From the NCBI GenBank assembly GCA_963844935.1, contig CAWJQH010000004.1, forward strand, positions 733,058 to 797,057: a DNA stretch of 64,000 nucleotides. The letters run 5' to 3'. This DNA comes from an uncultured Bacteroidales bacterium (GTDB lineage Bacteria > Bacteroidota > Bacteroidia > Bacteroidales > VadinHA17). This document shows positions 21,121 through 31,735 of the stretch, piece after piece. Numbering within the stretch: the first letter of the stretch is position 1; each line of letters begins with the position of its first letter. The notes under the pieces were generated by a model. The model did not search any database. It had not been told where the DNA came from and worked only from the letters and a program-made list of their open reading frames with translations. The translations under genes and the position numbers were made by a program.

Positions 21121-23774
21121 ACAACGATGTTTACTATACGGTTTGGTACTACGATTACTTTTGGTGTGGCAGTGCCTATCCATTTGACGGCTCTTTCGTC
21201 CGACAGCACTATCCTTTTAACTTCTTCCTGCGGCAGATCAACGGGCAATTCAATCTTAAACCTCATTTTCCCGTTGACTGACACCGGGCATTCGAAGGTG
21301 TCGGTCTTGAGATATTTTTCCACAGCATGCGGCCATGGCTCGTATGCCAGAGTGTTTTTATTTCCTGTGAGATGCCAGAGCTCTTCTCCGAGGTGAGGAG
21401 CAAATGGTGACAGTATCTTTATGAAAATCAGGGCAGTCTCACGTGTGACTTTCCCCTTTTTCACCGCCAGGTTCAGGAATATCATCATTGCCGAAATGGC
21501 AGTGTTAAAGTGCAGATTTTCAATGTCATCAGTCACTTTTTTTATAGTCTGGTGAAGCGACCTGAGTATTTCGGGGTCTTCTTCCCCCTCAGTGATGTTT
21601 TCACTGTTTGCGATCAGACGGTATGCCCTTGACAGAAAACCGAGCACTCCCTTGACGCCCTTTTCGTCCCATGGTTTTGTAGCCTCGAGCGGACCCAGGA
21701 ACATCTCATACAGACGCAATGAGTTGGCTCCGTAGTTTTTTATAACATCGTCGGGATTAATTACATTCTTGAGGCTCTTTGACATTTTGGCAACAATCTG
21801 CCTCAGCTCCTCGCCTGTTTCTGAATTGAAATACCGGCCGTCGCGTTCGGTGACCTGGTCCGATGACACTTTGGCGCCGGCAGGCGTCTCATAGGCAAAC
21901 GCCAGTATCATGCCCTGGTTGAAAAGTTTGGAGAATGGCTCATCGGTTGAAACGATTCCCAGGTCAAACAGCACCTTATGCCAGAAGCGGCTGTAAAGGA
22001 GATGCAGCACTGCATGTTCAGCTCCGCCGATGTAGAGATCGACAGGCATCCAGTACTTCTCTTTGGCTTTATCAAAAATGGCTCCGTCGTTTTTCGGGTC
22101 GATAAATCTCAGGTAGTACCAGCATGAACCTGCCCATTGCGGCATTGTGTTCGTTTCGCGTCTTCCCCTCCGGCCTTCCTTGTCTGTGACATAGAGCCAT
22201 CCGGTGGCGTTTGACAGGGGCGATTCCCCGTTTTCGCCGGGTTCATACACCTCAAGGTCAGGGAGATTAAGGGGTAGCTCATTTTCGTCCAGCAGGGTTA
22301 TCCGGCCGTCATCCCAGTGAATGACAGGGAATGGCTCTCCCCAGTAGCGCTGGCGGCTGAAGAGCCAGTCGCGCAGTTTGTAGTTGACACGGTGCATGCC
22401 TATATTCCTCTGCTCGATCCAGGCGGTGATGGTTTTTATTCCTTCCTCAACGTTGAGACCGTCGAGGGTGATGCCCAGCTCATCGCATGACGAGTTGATA
22501 TACTCACCGTCACCTGTCCAGCATTCCTTACCTGCTATTATCCTCTGCTTCTGTGCTTCGTCAGTTACGTCGGGCGAGAGGATGCAGTTTATCTCCAGCC
22601 CGTACTTTTCCGCAAACTCAAAGTCGCGTTCATCATGAGCCGGCACGGCCATGATGGCGCCTGTCCCGTAACCCATCAGAACGTAATCGGCTACCCAGAC
22701 AGGTATTTTTTTGTTATTGACAGGATTGATCGCCCATGCACCCGTGAATACGCCGGTCTTCTCCTTGGAGAGATCAGTGCGGTCGAGGTCTGATTTCAGT
22801 GATGTGGCGCTAATATACGCTTCCACCTCTTTGCTCTTCTCCGGGGTTGTCAGTTTCGCAACGAGAGGGTGCTCGGGCGCGAGAACCATATAGGTGGCAC
22901 CGAAAAGCGTATCGGGACGGGTGGTGTAAACGCAAATGATTGTTTTTTGTCCGTCCACTTTGAAATCCACTTCCGCGCCTGTTGACCTGCCTATCCAGTT
23001 GCGCTGCATCTCCTTGATGCCCTCCGGCCAGTCGAGGTTATCAAGTCCGCTGAGAAGTCTTTCAGCGTAAGCCGGGATGCGGAGCATCCACTGCTTAAGA
23101 TTGCGGCGTACAACCTGGTTGCCGCATTTCTCATGCGTTCCGTCGTTCAGCACCTCTTCATTGGCACAGACGATACGGCATGAGGGACAATACCATATCT
23201 GTGCATTGTCATAATATGCCAGCCGCTTTGAGTCCGTGTATTTTTTTCTGGCTTCGTCGCCGGCCTTGAGCACATCCAGCGGGATGGGAAGCTCATTGAT
23301 ATCGCGTCCGCGGTTTGTCTGCGGATCGAACCAGGTGTTATAGAGTTTGATGAAGATCCACTGTGTCCATTTTACATAGCCGGGATCTGTGGTGTTTATC
23401 TCACGTTCCCAGTCATAGCTCAGTCCCAGTTCTTTTATCTGTCTGCGGAAGGTGTCGCAGTTCTGCCTTGTGGTGACCGAGGGGTGTGTACCTGTCTGTA
23501 TGGCATACTGTTCGGCAGGGAGACCGAAAGCATCCCAGCCCATGGGGTGGAGGACGTTAAAGCCCTTCATGCGCTTGTAACGTGCGACAATGTCCGTTGC
23601 GGTATAGCCCTCCGGGTGTCCTACATGCAATCCTGCGCCTGAAGGGTAGGGGTACATGTCAAGGACATAGAACTTATGCGGGTTTGAGAGATCGTCAGTA
23701 GTCCTGAAAGTCCTGTTCTTTTCCCAGTACTCCTGCCATTTTTTTTCGATCTCGCTGAAATTGTAATCCTTCAT
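21117..23774 (-). CDS. leuS: Leucine--tRNA ligase
   Basis: [12 protein letters not shown] (HIGH-like), KMSKS, editing motif [15 protein letters not shown]; ATG at 23774. Confidence 0.97.
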   Translation of the reverse strand: MKDYNFSEIEKKWQEYWEKNRTFRTTDDLSNPHKFYVLDMYPYPSGAGLHVGHPEGYTATDIVARYKRMKGFNVLHPMGWDAFGLPAEQYAIQTGTHPSVTTRQNCDTFRRQIKELGLSYDWEREINTTDPGYVKWTQWIFIKLYNTWFDPQTNRGRDINELPIPLDVLKAGDEARKKYTDSKRLAYYDNAQIWYCPSCRIVCANEEVLNDGTHEKCGNQVVRRNLKQWMLRIPAYAERLLSGLDNLDWPEGIKEMQRNWIGRSTGAEVDFKVDGQKTIICVYTTRPDTLFGATYMVLAPEHPLVAKLTTPEKSKEVEAYISATSLKSDLDRTDLSKEKTGVFTGAWAINPVNNKKIPVWVADYVLMGYGTGAIMAVPAHDERDFEFAEKYGLEINCILSPDVTDEAQKQRIIAGKECWTGDGEYINSSCDELGITLDGLNVEEGIKTITAWIEQRNIGMHRVNYKLRDWLFSRQRYWGEPFPVIHWDDGRITLLDENELPLNLPDLEVYEPGENGESPLSNATGWLYVTDKEGRRGRRETNTMPQWAGSCWYYLRFIDPKNDGAIFDKAKEKYWMPVDLYIGGAEHAVLHLLYSRFWHKVLFDLGIVSTDEPFSKLFNQGMILAFAYETPAGAKVSSDQVTERDGRYFNSETGEELRQIVAKMSKSLKNVINPDDVIKNYGANSLRLYEMFLGPLEATKPWDEKGVKGVLGFLSRAYRLIANSENITEGEEDPEILRSLHQTIKKVTDDIENLHFNTAISAMMIFLNLAVKKGKVTRETALIFIKILSPFAPHLGEELWHLTGNKNTLAYEPWPHAVEKYLKTDTFECPVSVNGKMRFKIELPVDLPQEEVKRIVLSDERAVKWIGTATPKVIVVPNRIVNIVV

Positions 23775-23874
23775 TTCCTTTTTCAGGTTTGGGCTTATGG
23801 CTCGCAAAATTAGGAAACTTTGGCAAAAAAGCATCAGGATGGAGAGGCGGGAGAGGCATATTTCCGGTATAAGT

Positions 23875-23905
23875 TTTGAAAAGTGCGGATGTCGGGTTAC
23901 TTTTG
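23875..23905 (+). promoter_or_regulatory. Bacteroidota -33/-7 promoter of tRNA-Arg
   Basis: TTTG-N19-TACTTTTG. Confidence 0.65.
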
Positions 23906-23915
23906 CAGGCGAAAC

Positions 23916-23988
23916 GGTCCCGTAGTTCAATGGATAGAATGACAGATTCCGGTTCTGTTGGTTGGGCGTTCGAGTCGCCCCGGGATCA
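23916..23988 (+). tRNA. tRNA-Arg(CCG)
   Basis: Acceptor GGTCCCG/CGGGATC, anticodon arm ACAGA-TTCCGGT-TCTGT, T arm GGGCG-TTCGAGT-CGCCC. Confidence 0.93.
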
Positions 23989-23990
23989 CC

Positions 23991-24032
23991 TTAACCGCTG
24001 TAAGTAATTTATTTACAGCGGTTAATTTTTTT
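23991..24032 (+). terminator. Terminator after tRNA-Arg
   Basis: TTAACCGCTGTAA...TTACAGCGGTTAA plus T run. Confidence 0.8.
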
Positions 24033-24063
24033 AAATAAAGGCACGGTAATAATGTTGGATTTA

Positions 24064-26277
24064 TTATCCCGGGATTGTAAAAATAAATTCACTTCCCTGG
24101 TCAAGGATACTCTTAACCCATATCTTTCCCCCATGCATCTCAATAAACTCTTTACATATTTTCAATCCCAGGCCTGTTCCGTGTTCCATGTTGGTTCCGG
24201 GTTTTGTGTAAATGTTTTCTCTCCTGAATAATCTGTTAATCTGTTCCTCAGGGATACCGATGCCGGTATCTTTCACTGAGATGTCAACTCCATTTTCGCT
24301 GACTGATGCACTGACTTCAATAGTACCTGAATTATAGGTGAATTTTATCGCATTGTCCAGCAAATTCCTTAGAATGGCGTTTAACATATTCTTATCTGCA
24401 AAGACGTATATATCATTTTTCACATTGTCAACCACCCGGATAGACTTTTTTTCGCTTGCTAATTTATGTTCAGATATATTTCCTTCAATTAATATTTTAA
24501 GATTTAATTTTTCAGGATTATATTTTATCATACCTACCTGAGATCTTGACCAGTCGAGTAAATTCCGCAATACCTCAAATCCGCTTTTGGCTGAATCATT
24601 CAAAACCGTGGCAAGTTCCCTGATACTCTCAGGGTTCATCTTGTCTATGTTATTGTTTAACAGCTCAGTAATGCCTAACATAGATGTAAACGGGTTCTTG
24701 AGGTCATGGGCTAAAATGTTAAAGTACTTATCCTTTGCAGCGTTAAGTTCTTTCAGGCTGTTCTCGCTTTTTTTAAGTGACTCCGTGGTCCTGTGACGTT
24801 CTACCAGCTCCTGATTCAGCCGGTAGTTTGATGTTTCAAGATCACGGGTTCGTTCCATCACCCTTTGTTCAAGTTCAATATTTAACGTAACGAGTTTTGA
24901 TTCAGCTTCTTTCACACTGGTTATATCGATGCCCATCTCCATAATAAGAGGTGAACCGTCAGTGTCAGTGTACGGGAAATCATGAATTGAATAAATATGT
25001 CCGTCAGGACCTGTCCATTCCCAGGTGTGCGGTTTATTGTCTTTAAGAACCTTAAAGGTTTCACATATTTCACATGGTGTGGAACGGTCGAACAGAAACT
25101 GGTAACACCTTTTGCTGTTTGATTTGCCAAAGCGTTCCCTGAAAAATTTGTTCGAGTAAGACACCTGATAATCAGGAGTTAACAGGATAATATATACTGG
25201 CATAATTTCAAGCAGTCCTTCAATCCGCTTGCGTTCAGCGGCTACCAGGGCTTCAGCATTGATACGCTCCCGGATCTCATCTCTGAGAACCATGTTCAGA
25301 TGCATTAGTTCAACAGTCCTTTCCTTCACCCTGTTCTCGAGGTCAGAATTTGATTTTTTTAATGCCTCATCTGCAATCTGTCTTTTACTGTCAATCAGGT
25401 TCAGGGATCTTGCAGTGATCCAGATCAGAATTATAAAAAAGAATGTATAGGTTACTGCAACCAGAAGAACACCCGTTATCGAGTCGAACAAGTAAGTCTC
25501 TTCTCCGAATATCCGAAGCCTGCCGATAATAATTGGAATTAAAATTATCCATGGAAAGAGGCGTCTTGCCATTATTCCACCCATGCTTTTGCTGGCATAC
25601 ACCCTCATAAACCAGGTATCAGTCCGGGCTAAGTAAAGTGCGATACAGATCGCACAGAAAGATATTCCCGAGTTCAATCCTGCCGGTTCATTATAAAAGT
25701 CCCGTATCGAATGAATATCCAGGAGATAGCATACAGGTATCAGGTAAGCTGCTATAGAGACCGGAAACAATAAAATGTGTGCAATGTCTGCAAAATAACG
25801 ATTGTCAAAAGCAAACAGAATAATAATTACCCCGATAAAAAGAAAGATTAATGCCGAAAGCAGAGGCATTCTTTGCTCCGGAGAGAGAAACAGGTTAAAA
25901 ATGGGTGCATGTATAAAAAGCCCATCCTGCCATATGCCGGTGCGGTTCCAGCTTATAATTGTCAGGGTACCCAGGATGATCAGCACAACTCCTGCGATAA
26001 TCATTCCGGGTTTTCTGATTTTACCCGGTTCCCCCGAAAAGAAAATTATAAGCGCAAAAGATGAAATCAGGAAACATACAGAGCCTACTTTCAACGGAAC
26101 CCAATAGTATCCCGTACTATTAAGCAAGGTCAATCCAAAAATCCATCCAGCAAGATCCAGAAGAGCAATTACAACCACCAGGCCAATAAGCATCCACACG
26201 GTGAATCTTATCTTATCCGGGATGTTAGCCTGAAGCTGCCTTTTTTCTTTTGTACGGTCTGTATTTACTTTTGGCAT
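24064..26277 (-). CDS. Multi-TM sensor histidine kinase with PAS-like domain
   Basis: About 7-8 TM helices; PAS-like segment with CYQFL...PCEIC; ILAHDLKNP; NLLDNAIKF; GTGLGL. Confidence 0.88.
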   Translation of the reverse strand: MPKVNTDRTKEKRQLQANIPDKIRFTVWMLIGLVVVIALLDLAGWIFGLTLLNSTGYYWVPLKVGSVCFLISSFALIIFFSGEPGKIRKPGMIIAGVVLIILGTLTIISWNRTGIWQDGLFIHAPIFNLFLSPEQRMPLLSALIFLFIGVIIILFAFDNRYFADIAHILLFPVSIAAYLIPVCYLLDIHSIRDFYNEPAGLNSGISFCAICIALYLARTDTWFMRVYASKSMGGIMARRLFPWIILIPIIIGRLRIFGEETYLFDSITGVLLVAVTYTFFFIILIWITARSLNLIDSKRQIADEALKKSNSDLENRVKERTVELMHLNMVLRDEIRERINAEALVAAERKRIEGLLEIMPVYIILLTPDYQVSYSNKFFRERFGKSNSKRCYQFLFDRSTPCEICETFKVLKDNKPHTWEWTGPDGHIYSIHDFPYTDTDGSPLIMEMGIDITSVKEAESKLVTLNIELEQRVMERTRDLETSNYRLNQELVERHRTTESLKKSENSLKELNAAKDKYFNILAHDLKNPFTSMLGITELLNNNIDKMNPESIRELATVLNDSAKSGFEVLRNLLDWSRSQVGMIKYNPEKLNLKILIEGNISEHKLASEKKSIRVVDNVKNDIYVFADKNMLNAILRNLLDNAIKFTYNSGTIEVSASVSENGVDISVKDTGIGIPEEQINRLFRRENIYTKPGTNMEHGTGLGLKICKEFIEMHGGKIWVKSILDQGSEFIFTIPG

Positions 26278-26395
26278 CCGGAATGCTGTAAAATGAATAA
26301 TAATAATGGTCCTGAATCATACATAGTGAAACGACTGATTAGTAAATGTATTAATTATTAGATAAATTTGACAGGAATCAAAGCCAATTTTAACC

Positions 26396-27073
26396 ATGAA
26401 ATTGCTGTTAGTTGAGGATGATCCGAAAATTTCGGCATTTGTTAAAATAGGGCTGGAGAGCAATGACTTTATTGTAGATCTGGCATTTAACAGTCAGGAA
26501 GCAGAAAAACTTGCATTTTCGAGGAAGTACGATATGATGATTCTTGATATTGTAATACCGGGTATCTCGGGATTTGAATTATGCAAAAACATCAGAAACA
26601 AAAATATAATTACCCCGATCATTCTTCTCACGTCTCTTGATTCTGTTGAAGACAAACTTGAGGGCTTTGATTGCGGGGCAGATGATTATATAGTTAAACC
26701 ATTCAGCTTTCAGGAGCTTATGGCCCGTATTAAGGCATTGAACCGCAGGGTCAAAGCAGAAAATGTCATACCGGTCCTTCAAATTGCCGATCTCGAAGTT
26801 GATACAATAAAAAAGAAAGTCAGAAGAGCCGGAAAGGATATATCCCTGACAGCTATGGAATATAAGATAATCGAACTTCTCGTTGAAAACAAGGAGAAGG
26901 TTTTTGACAGGGTCCAGATAGCTGAAAAAATATGGGGATTTTCATTCAATGCCGGGACAAACGTAATTGATGTTCATATTACATCCCTCAGAAAAAAAAT
27001 CGATAAGGATTTTGAATGTAATCTTATCCATACAAGGAGAGGCCTTGGATACGTACTGAGCGAAAAGGGATAA
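26396..27073 (+). CDS. OmpR/CusR-like response regulator 1
   Basis: MKLLLVEDD, ILDIVIPGISG, GADDYIVKPF, TNVIDVHI...LRKKID. Confidence 0.9.
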   Translation: MKLLLVEDDPKISAFVKIGLESNDFIVDLAFNSQEAEKLAFSRKYDMMILDIVIPGISGFELCKNIRNKNIITPIILLTSLDSVEDKLEGFDCGADDYIVKPFSFQELMARIKALNRRVKAENVIPVLQIADLEVDTIKKKVRRAGKDISLTAMEYKIIELLVENKEKVFDRVQIAEKIWGFSFNAGTNVIDVHITSLRKKIDKDFECNLIHTRRGLGYVLSEKG

Positions 27074-27113
27074 TATCGTCCTGTTCTGATCAATATTCAA
27101 TTACTCTTTAGCC

Positions 27114-27182
27114 TCTTAATTCAATCTTAATATAAGATTAATGGTTTCTTAATTTCCTGTCCGGAACATACTTTTAATTTTG
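27114..27182 (+). promoter_or_regulatory. Four-box (11-bp period) operator plus -7 box before response regulator 2
   Basis: TCTTAAT 27114, TCTTAAT 27125, GATTAAT 27136, TCTTAAT 27147; TAATTTTG at 27175. Confidence 0.65.
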
Positions 27183-27247
27183 ATTTAAGGTATGAAGGGA
27201 CAAATCGTATTGTTCCAAAATGATAAGATCCACATTATCTGTAAGTA

Positions 27248-27925
27248 ATGAAATTACTTTTGGTGGAAGATGATCCAAAGATTTCCTGTTTCATAAGAAT
27301 AGGCCTGGAATCGAATAATTTTCTTGTCGACGTTGCTTATGACAGCGCCATTGCCGAGAAGTTTGCATTATCAAGAAAATACGATGTTATGATACTTGAT
27401 GTTGTAATACCGGGGATTTCGGGATTCGATCTGTGCAGAAACATCAGGAATAACAATATTATGACTCCTGTTCTTTTCCTCACATCGCTTGATTCGCTCG
27501 ACGATAAACTGATGGGCTTTAATTCCGGTGCCGATGATTATATGGTCAAACCCTTCAGCTTTGAGGAGCTGCTCGCCAGGTTAAACGCCCTGACAAGAAG
27601 AAACGGGGATATGACGGTAAAACAGGTTCTTAAAGTTGCAGACCTGGAAATGGATACCAGCTCACGTAAAGTTATAAGAGGCGGAAAGAATATTTTTCTG
27701 ACAGCAACTGAATATAAGATCCTGGAATTATTCATGGAAAACCGGGGGAAAGTCTTCAACAGGGTGAATATTGCAGAAAGAATATGGGGATTTTCATTTA
27801 ATTCAGGCACGAATATAATTGATGTGCATATTAACTCTATCAGGAAGAAAATCGATAAAGACTTCAATACCAAGCTTATTCACACAAGGAAGGGATTTGG
27901 GTATGTGCTTGGTGAGGAGGAATAA
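27248..27925 (+). CDS. OmpR/CusR-like response regulator 2 (paralog of 26396-27073)
   Basis: Same length (225 aa) and colinear similarity to regulator 1. Confidence 0.9.
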   Translation: MKLLLVEDDPKISCFIRIGLESNNFLVDVAYDSAIAEKFALSRKYDVMILDVVIPGISGFDLCRNIRNNNIMTPVLFLTSLDSLDDKLMGFNSGADDYMVKPFSFEELLARLNALTRRNGDMTVKQVLKVADLEMDTSSRKVIRGGKNIFLTATEYKILELFMENRGKVFNRVNIAERIWGFSFNSGTNIIDVHINSIRKKIDKDFNTKLIHTRKGFGYVLGEEE

Positions 27926-27976
27926 TTATAATCAATAAATATCTGCGAAAGGAAAAAGTAATTCTCCGGCAACTGA

Positions 27977-30047
27977 TCAGTAAGTGTATTTCAGAAAAAC
28001 ATTGAAACTCCGGCCGGGCCTCGGAACATGTCCCCAATCGAGATGTTCGTAATACCATGTATTAAAGAGGTTTGTTATTCCGGCACTGAAGTCGAACATC
28101 GATCTTTTCAGCATAAAATGCATATTCCCTTTAACATTGAACAATGTATAGCCTGGGGAGGCTGTCTCACCATAATCAGGATTTATCCGTTGTTGTCGAA
28201 ACGCTGTTTCATTATCAGCCTGTAAGGACCATCTGCCTCTTTCATAGCTTACAGAAAAGATATTTTTATACGGAGGAATTAAAGGCAGGGGAGTTCCTGA
28301 ATCAAGCTGACCCCACGTAAATTTCCCCTGAAGGAAGAAGGTTAAACCACCGGAGAGTTTGTACATCACCTGTAAATCAGAACTGCACATTGTTGCATTC
28401 GGGATATTGCCGAATACTCTTAGTCCATTTGTGTAAAAATTCATCGGAGGAGTGGTAGAATCAGTAATTCCCATGATATAATCACTGAGATAACTGATTG
28501 ACTGGGCAAAATTTATTTTCAATCCGTGATTGAAATAAGTGAATGAGAAATCTTGCAGCTGCTGATTTTTCAGTCTTCAGAGCGGGGTTGCCAATATAAT
28601 CATACCCATCATACGCATTGTAGAGGTAAAAGCCATAACGTTCGGTGATTGTTGGTATTCTTTCAGAAATGCCTGTCTCGAGGGATAAAATAACCGGTCT
28701 GAAAATATGGTATTGACCACTGAAATTAAGTCCCTTCGTAAACTGGCTGTATTTTTGCGACATATTATAGTCGAAGACGGAAAACTGATCCGGTCCGACA
28801 GTGGATTGAAATTTATCAACGATATAATCCACCCTGGCATTTAAGTTAAGTACAATTTTACTGCTGACAGTGGTTGAATTGCTTACATATAAACCTATAA
28901 CATTTCTATTAATGTCGGGCCAAGTCTGGAGGTACATCGGAGGTTCCGGGGGCTGACCCTTGAAATGCATCCACATTGTCATCTCTGCCAGCGAAGAATT
29001 AAGGTAATTATCAGCCTTTACAGTAAGCTTGTTTTTACTATTAATATTTATGACAGCCTGCAGATAGGCGCCAAATGTACTGCTCCATCCGGGCATATCC
29101 ATTCTCATAATAACAGTATCCGGAGCTCCTGCAGGCGCATCTTCAAGAAAATAAATGCTGTCTCTTTCAGAATCGTCCATGACATGATATACCGAATTGT
29201 AATAGAGTTTGGTTTTAAGAAAATATTTTGGCTTATTCCTTTGATATTCAAGAGCAAACAAGGCCGCCCTTGCTTTGCTTACATCCATAGGCAAAGCAGG
29301 GTAGCCAACATTTTTCGCCAGATCCCAGAGCAGGTCAGCCCTTAAGGCGGAGACACTGTCAACGGTGTATTTCAATACCGAGTGAATATTATACTTCCCG
29401 AATTGGGAGTATTGTATTACGTTATGATTTCCATCCCTGTACGGGTCGTTTATACGGTAAACTCCATTCAGCCCCCATGCCCATTTCCCTTTCCTGTAGC
29501 CGGTCGAGACCAGGATATTCCTGCCGTTTGAGATGCTCTCATAGCCAAAAGATAATGCCGTGAAAAATGGATACATGCTACTGGTACCGGGTTCATTTAA
29601 AGCCAGATCGATCGAGCCGCCGACATTATTCCCGTGCAGGCCACCGTTTGTGCCATGTTCGATTGTTATGCTCTTCAGGTTTCCCGGTTCCAGGTATGAA
29701 GTTACCGGATCCATTTTATCTGTACATGCACCGAACATTTTCATCCCATCTATCGTAATATTCAGCTGACCTGCCGAGAATCCGTTCATCTGAGGCTCCA
29801 TGGCATATGGTCCCCGTTTAATAAGGGAGACCCCTTCAAGATGTCCCGTGAGGTTATCTATCGTTGAAAAATAGTTTGTCCTGTAAAATTTCTCAACCTG
29901 GCTGTCATTTAACGGTACAGTACCTGAAACGGTGATATCATCAAGCATAATTGTATCGAGTGTCAGCCTGTAATTTGCAGTACCCGATTGCGCGTAATTG
30001 CTCAGTGACAGAACAAGTGCAACAGCTGATATATAGATGCGTTTCAT
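27977..30047 (-). CDS. OprC-like copper TonB-dependent receptor (frameshift near 28520-28550)
   Basis: Plug motif FGACTDKMDP (CxxxM), YHVMDD (HxM), Met-rich loops; ORF 27977-28522 supplies the barrel end PGRSFNVFLKYTY. Confidence 0.8.
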
Positions 30048-30076
30048 TGCAGAAATATGAGAAGATCAAGTATTTG

Positions 30077-30907
30077 TCAGACAATTACATCGAAGAACAC
30101 CGTCTTCCCGATCACCCTGTCTCCTTTCCTGAAGATCATATTTATCCTCCATTCACCGGTCATTGTAAAGTTTACTGTTCCAGAATAATGGCCCATGCCT
30201 GTTGAAACTGGATTTACATTATTCGGTGACCCGTGACCCATCGATGGCATTTCCGGAATTATCTCAACAGTAAGATCGTCACAACATGGAAAGCTCATCA
30301 TTGAGGCCATCCTGTGTACCGTTATTTCATAGGTATTATTCCCCACTTTCCATTTTGCGGGTTCAATCAGTGATACCGGGTATTTTGTGATTATCCACGA
30401 CCCCGGACCATTGCTCAGACTGTCAATAACGACAAGTTTCTTTGCCGGGTAGGTCGCAATTACCTCCTCTATTCCGAAATTTACCGAATCTCTGATGCTG
30501 TTTATTACGATTCCCGCAGAGAGCGACCAGCTGAAGTCCTCACCTGGCATTGAAAACAACACCGCCCCTTTAAAGTAACCGTCAGGATTTGGGGTTTCAC
30601 CAGGATTTTCATAAGGACATGCGTGCGAGAACGTACCCATATCCATCAGCGGGTGAAGAAAAATTGAAGCACTGGATACTGGTTTTCCCGATGCCTTTTC
30701 AATCACCTTGAAATAAACCTTATTATATCCGACGAAAAGAGAATCTTCTGAGAAAAACTGGATATTATACGAAGAGCTGGTGGTGGTCGCTTCACCAACC
30801 TTTAATAATGCAGCAGGGTCATCTGTACCGCTTTCAATTTTAGTACATGAGACAACTAATACCATTAATAAAATAATATTCAGGAATATAAAATATTTGA
30901 GTTTCAT
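30077..30907 (-). CDS. YtkA/FixH-like lipoprotein (putative copper chaperone)
   Basis: Lipobox VVSC; PLMDMGTFSHACP and PEMPSMGHGSP motifs; GTVNFTMTGEW. Confidence 0.7.
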   Translation of the reverse strand: MKLKYFIFLNIILLMVLVVSCTKIESGTDDPAALLKVGEATTTSSSYNIQFFSEDSLFVGYNKVYFKVIEKASGKPVSSASIFLHPLMDMGTFSHACPYENPGETPNPDGYFKGAVLFSMPGEDFSWSLSAGIVINSIRDSVNFGIEEVIATYPAKKLVVIDSLSNGPGSWIITKYPVSLIEPAKWKVGNNTYEITVHRMASMMSFPCCDDLTVEIIPEMPSMGHGSPNNVNPVSTGMGHYSGTVNFTMTGEWRINMIFRKGDRVIGKTVFFDVIV

Positions 30908-31043
30908 AGCTAAGGAATTTATCGATTTGGAAAATTATCTGACTGATAACAATCAACTGAAATCTGCCTGAATTATCTAAAACAATCTGGCAGATAAAAT
31001 ATATGGCAGTCGGCTGGTCCCTTAAAGGGTTGTCAAGAACAAA

Positions 31044-31421
31044 TTATTCCTGGGGTGGGACAAATATATCTGAGATGTTGCTGGTGGTCTCGCGGAGGAA
31101 ATAATGTCCCGCCATCGGAGATCCATCCGGAAACATTAAGAGATCATCTGAAAAGGGCCTCAGATGATCTTTCATATTGTTGTCAGAAATCTTGTTTTCC
31201 TTATCGTTTCCCTCATTGTTCACCGGCACACTGCTTTTGTTGAGTTGTTCTTGCAGGTGGCATTTGCCATGGCAGGTATTGTCAGGGTTGTCCTTTTCTA
31301 CACACAGGTTTTTTGTAATGTAGTCCCTGTTAATCATATAATCAATATAGGGCAGTAATGGTCTGAAAAGATATAAAAGGATGATTACCAGATATAATAT
31401 GCTGTAGTATTTGTACCTCAT
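31044..31421 (-). CDS. Small Cys/His-rich membrane-anchored protein (candidate regulatory leader ORF)
   Basis: ATG 31421; N-terminal TM helix; C-x9-CHGKCH; C-terminus IFVPPQE. Confidence 0.7.
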   Translation of the reverse strand: MRYKYYSILYLVIILLYLFRPLLPYIDYMINRDYITKNLCVEKDNPDNTCHGKCHLQEQLNKSSVPVNNEGNDKENKISDNNMKDHLRPFSDDLLMFPDGSPMAGHYFLRETTSNISDIFVPPQE

Positions 31422-31512
31422 CGTTGAGAATTGATTCCGATCATTACTATTCAGGCATTTCTCTGAACTTCCGGTATTTAGAAAATAGCTTAGCCGGAAG
31501 TTACCCGTTAAG

Positions 31513-31574
31513 TTATTATGTATTAATTGTATAAGGATTAAGAACAGATTAAGATTGAATGAAGAAAAGGTTAA
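31513..31574. repeat. 62-bp direct repeat, copy 1 (contains four-box operator)
   Basis: 58/62 identical to 36847-36908 by manual alignment. Confidence 0.9.
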
Positions 31575-31680
31575 GTGGACTGATCGGGTAGCCTGGGGAA
31601 GTTTCATCGCCGGTCGCTCGCAGAACCGCTCAAATGTAGTGATGGCAGGTCGGACAAATAAGCATGCAACTGTTATGCAT

Positions 31681-31719
31681 AAAAAAAGAGGTTGCCCCGA
31701 AGAAAGGGCAACCTCTTTT
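31681..31719 (-). terminator. Terminator after the multicopper oxidase gene
   Basis: AAAAGAGGTTGCCC-N8-GGGCAACCTCTTTT with a plus-strand A run (U tail on minus). Confidence 0.8.
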
Positions 31720-31735
31720 GATACGGCATTAAAAA

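Noticed and set aside
31422-31607. N-terminal extension of ORF 31044-31607 and similar peptide in ORF 36780-37037 (SFNLNLFLI...HNNL)
   Set aside because: The shared peptide is just the translation of the duplicated 62-bp promoter repeat, not a protein family.
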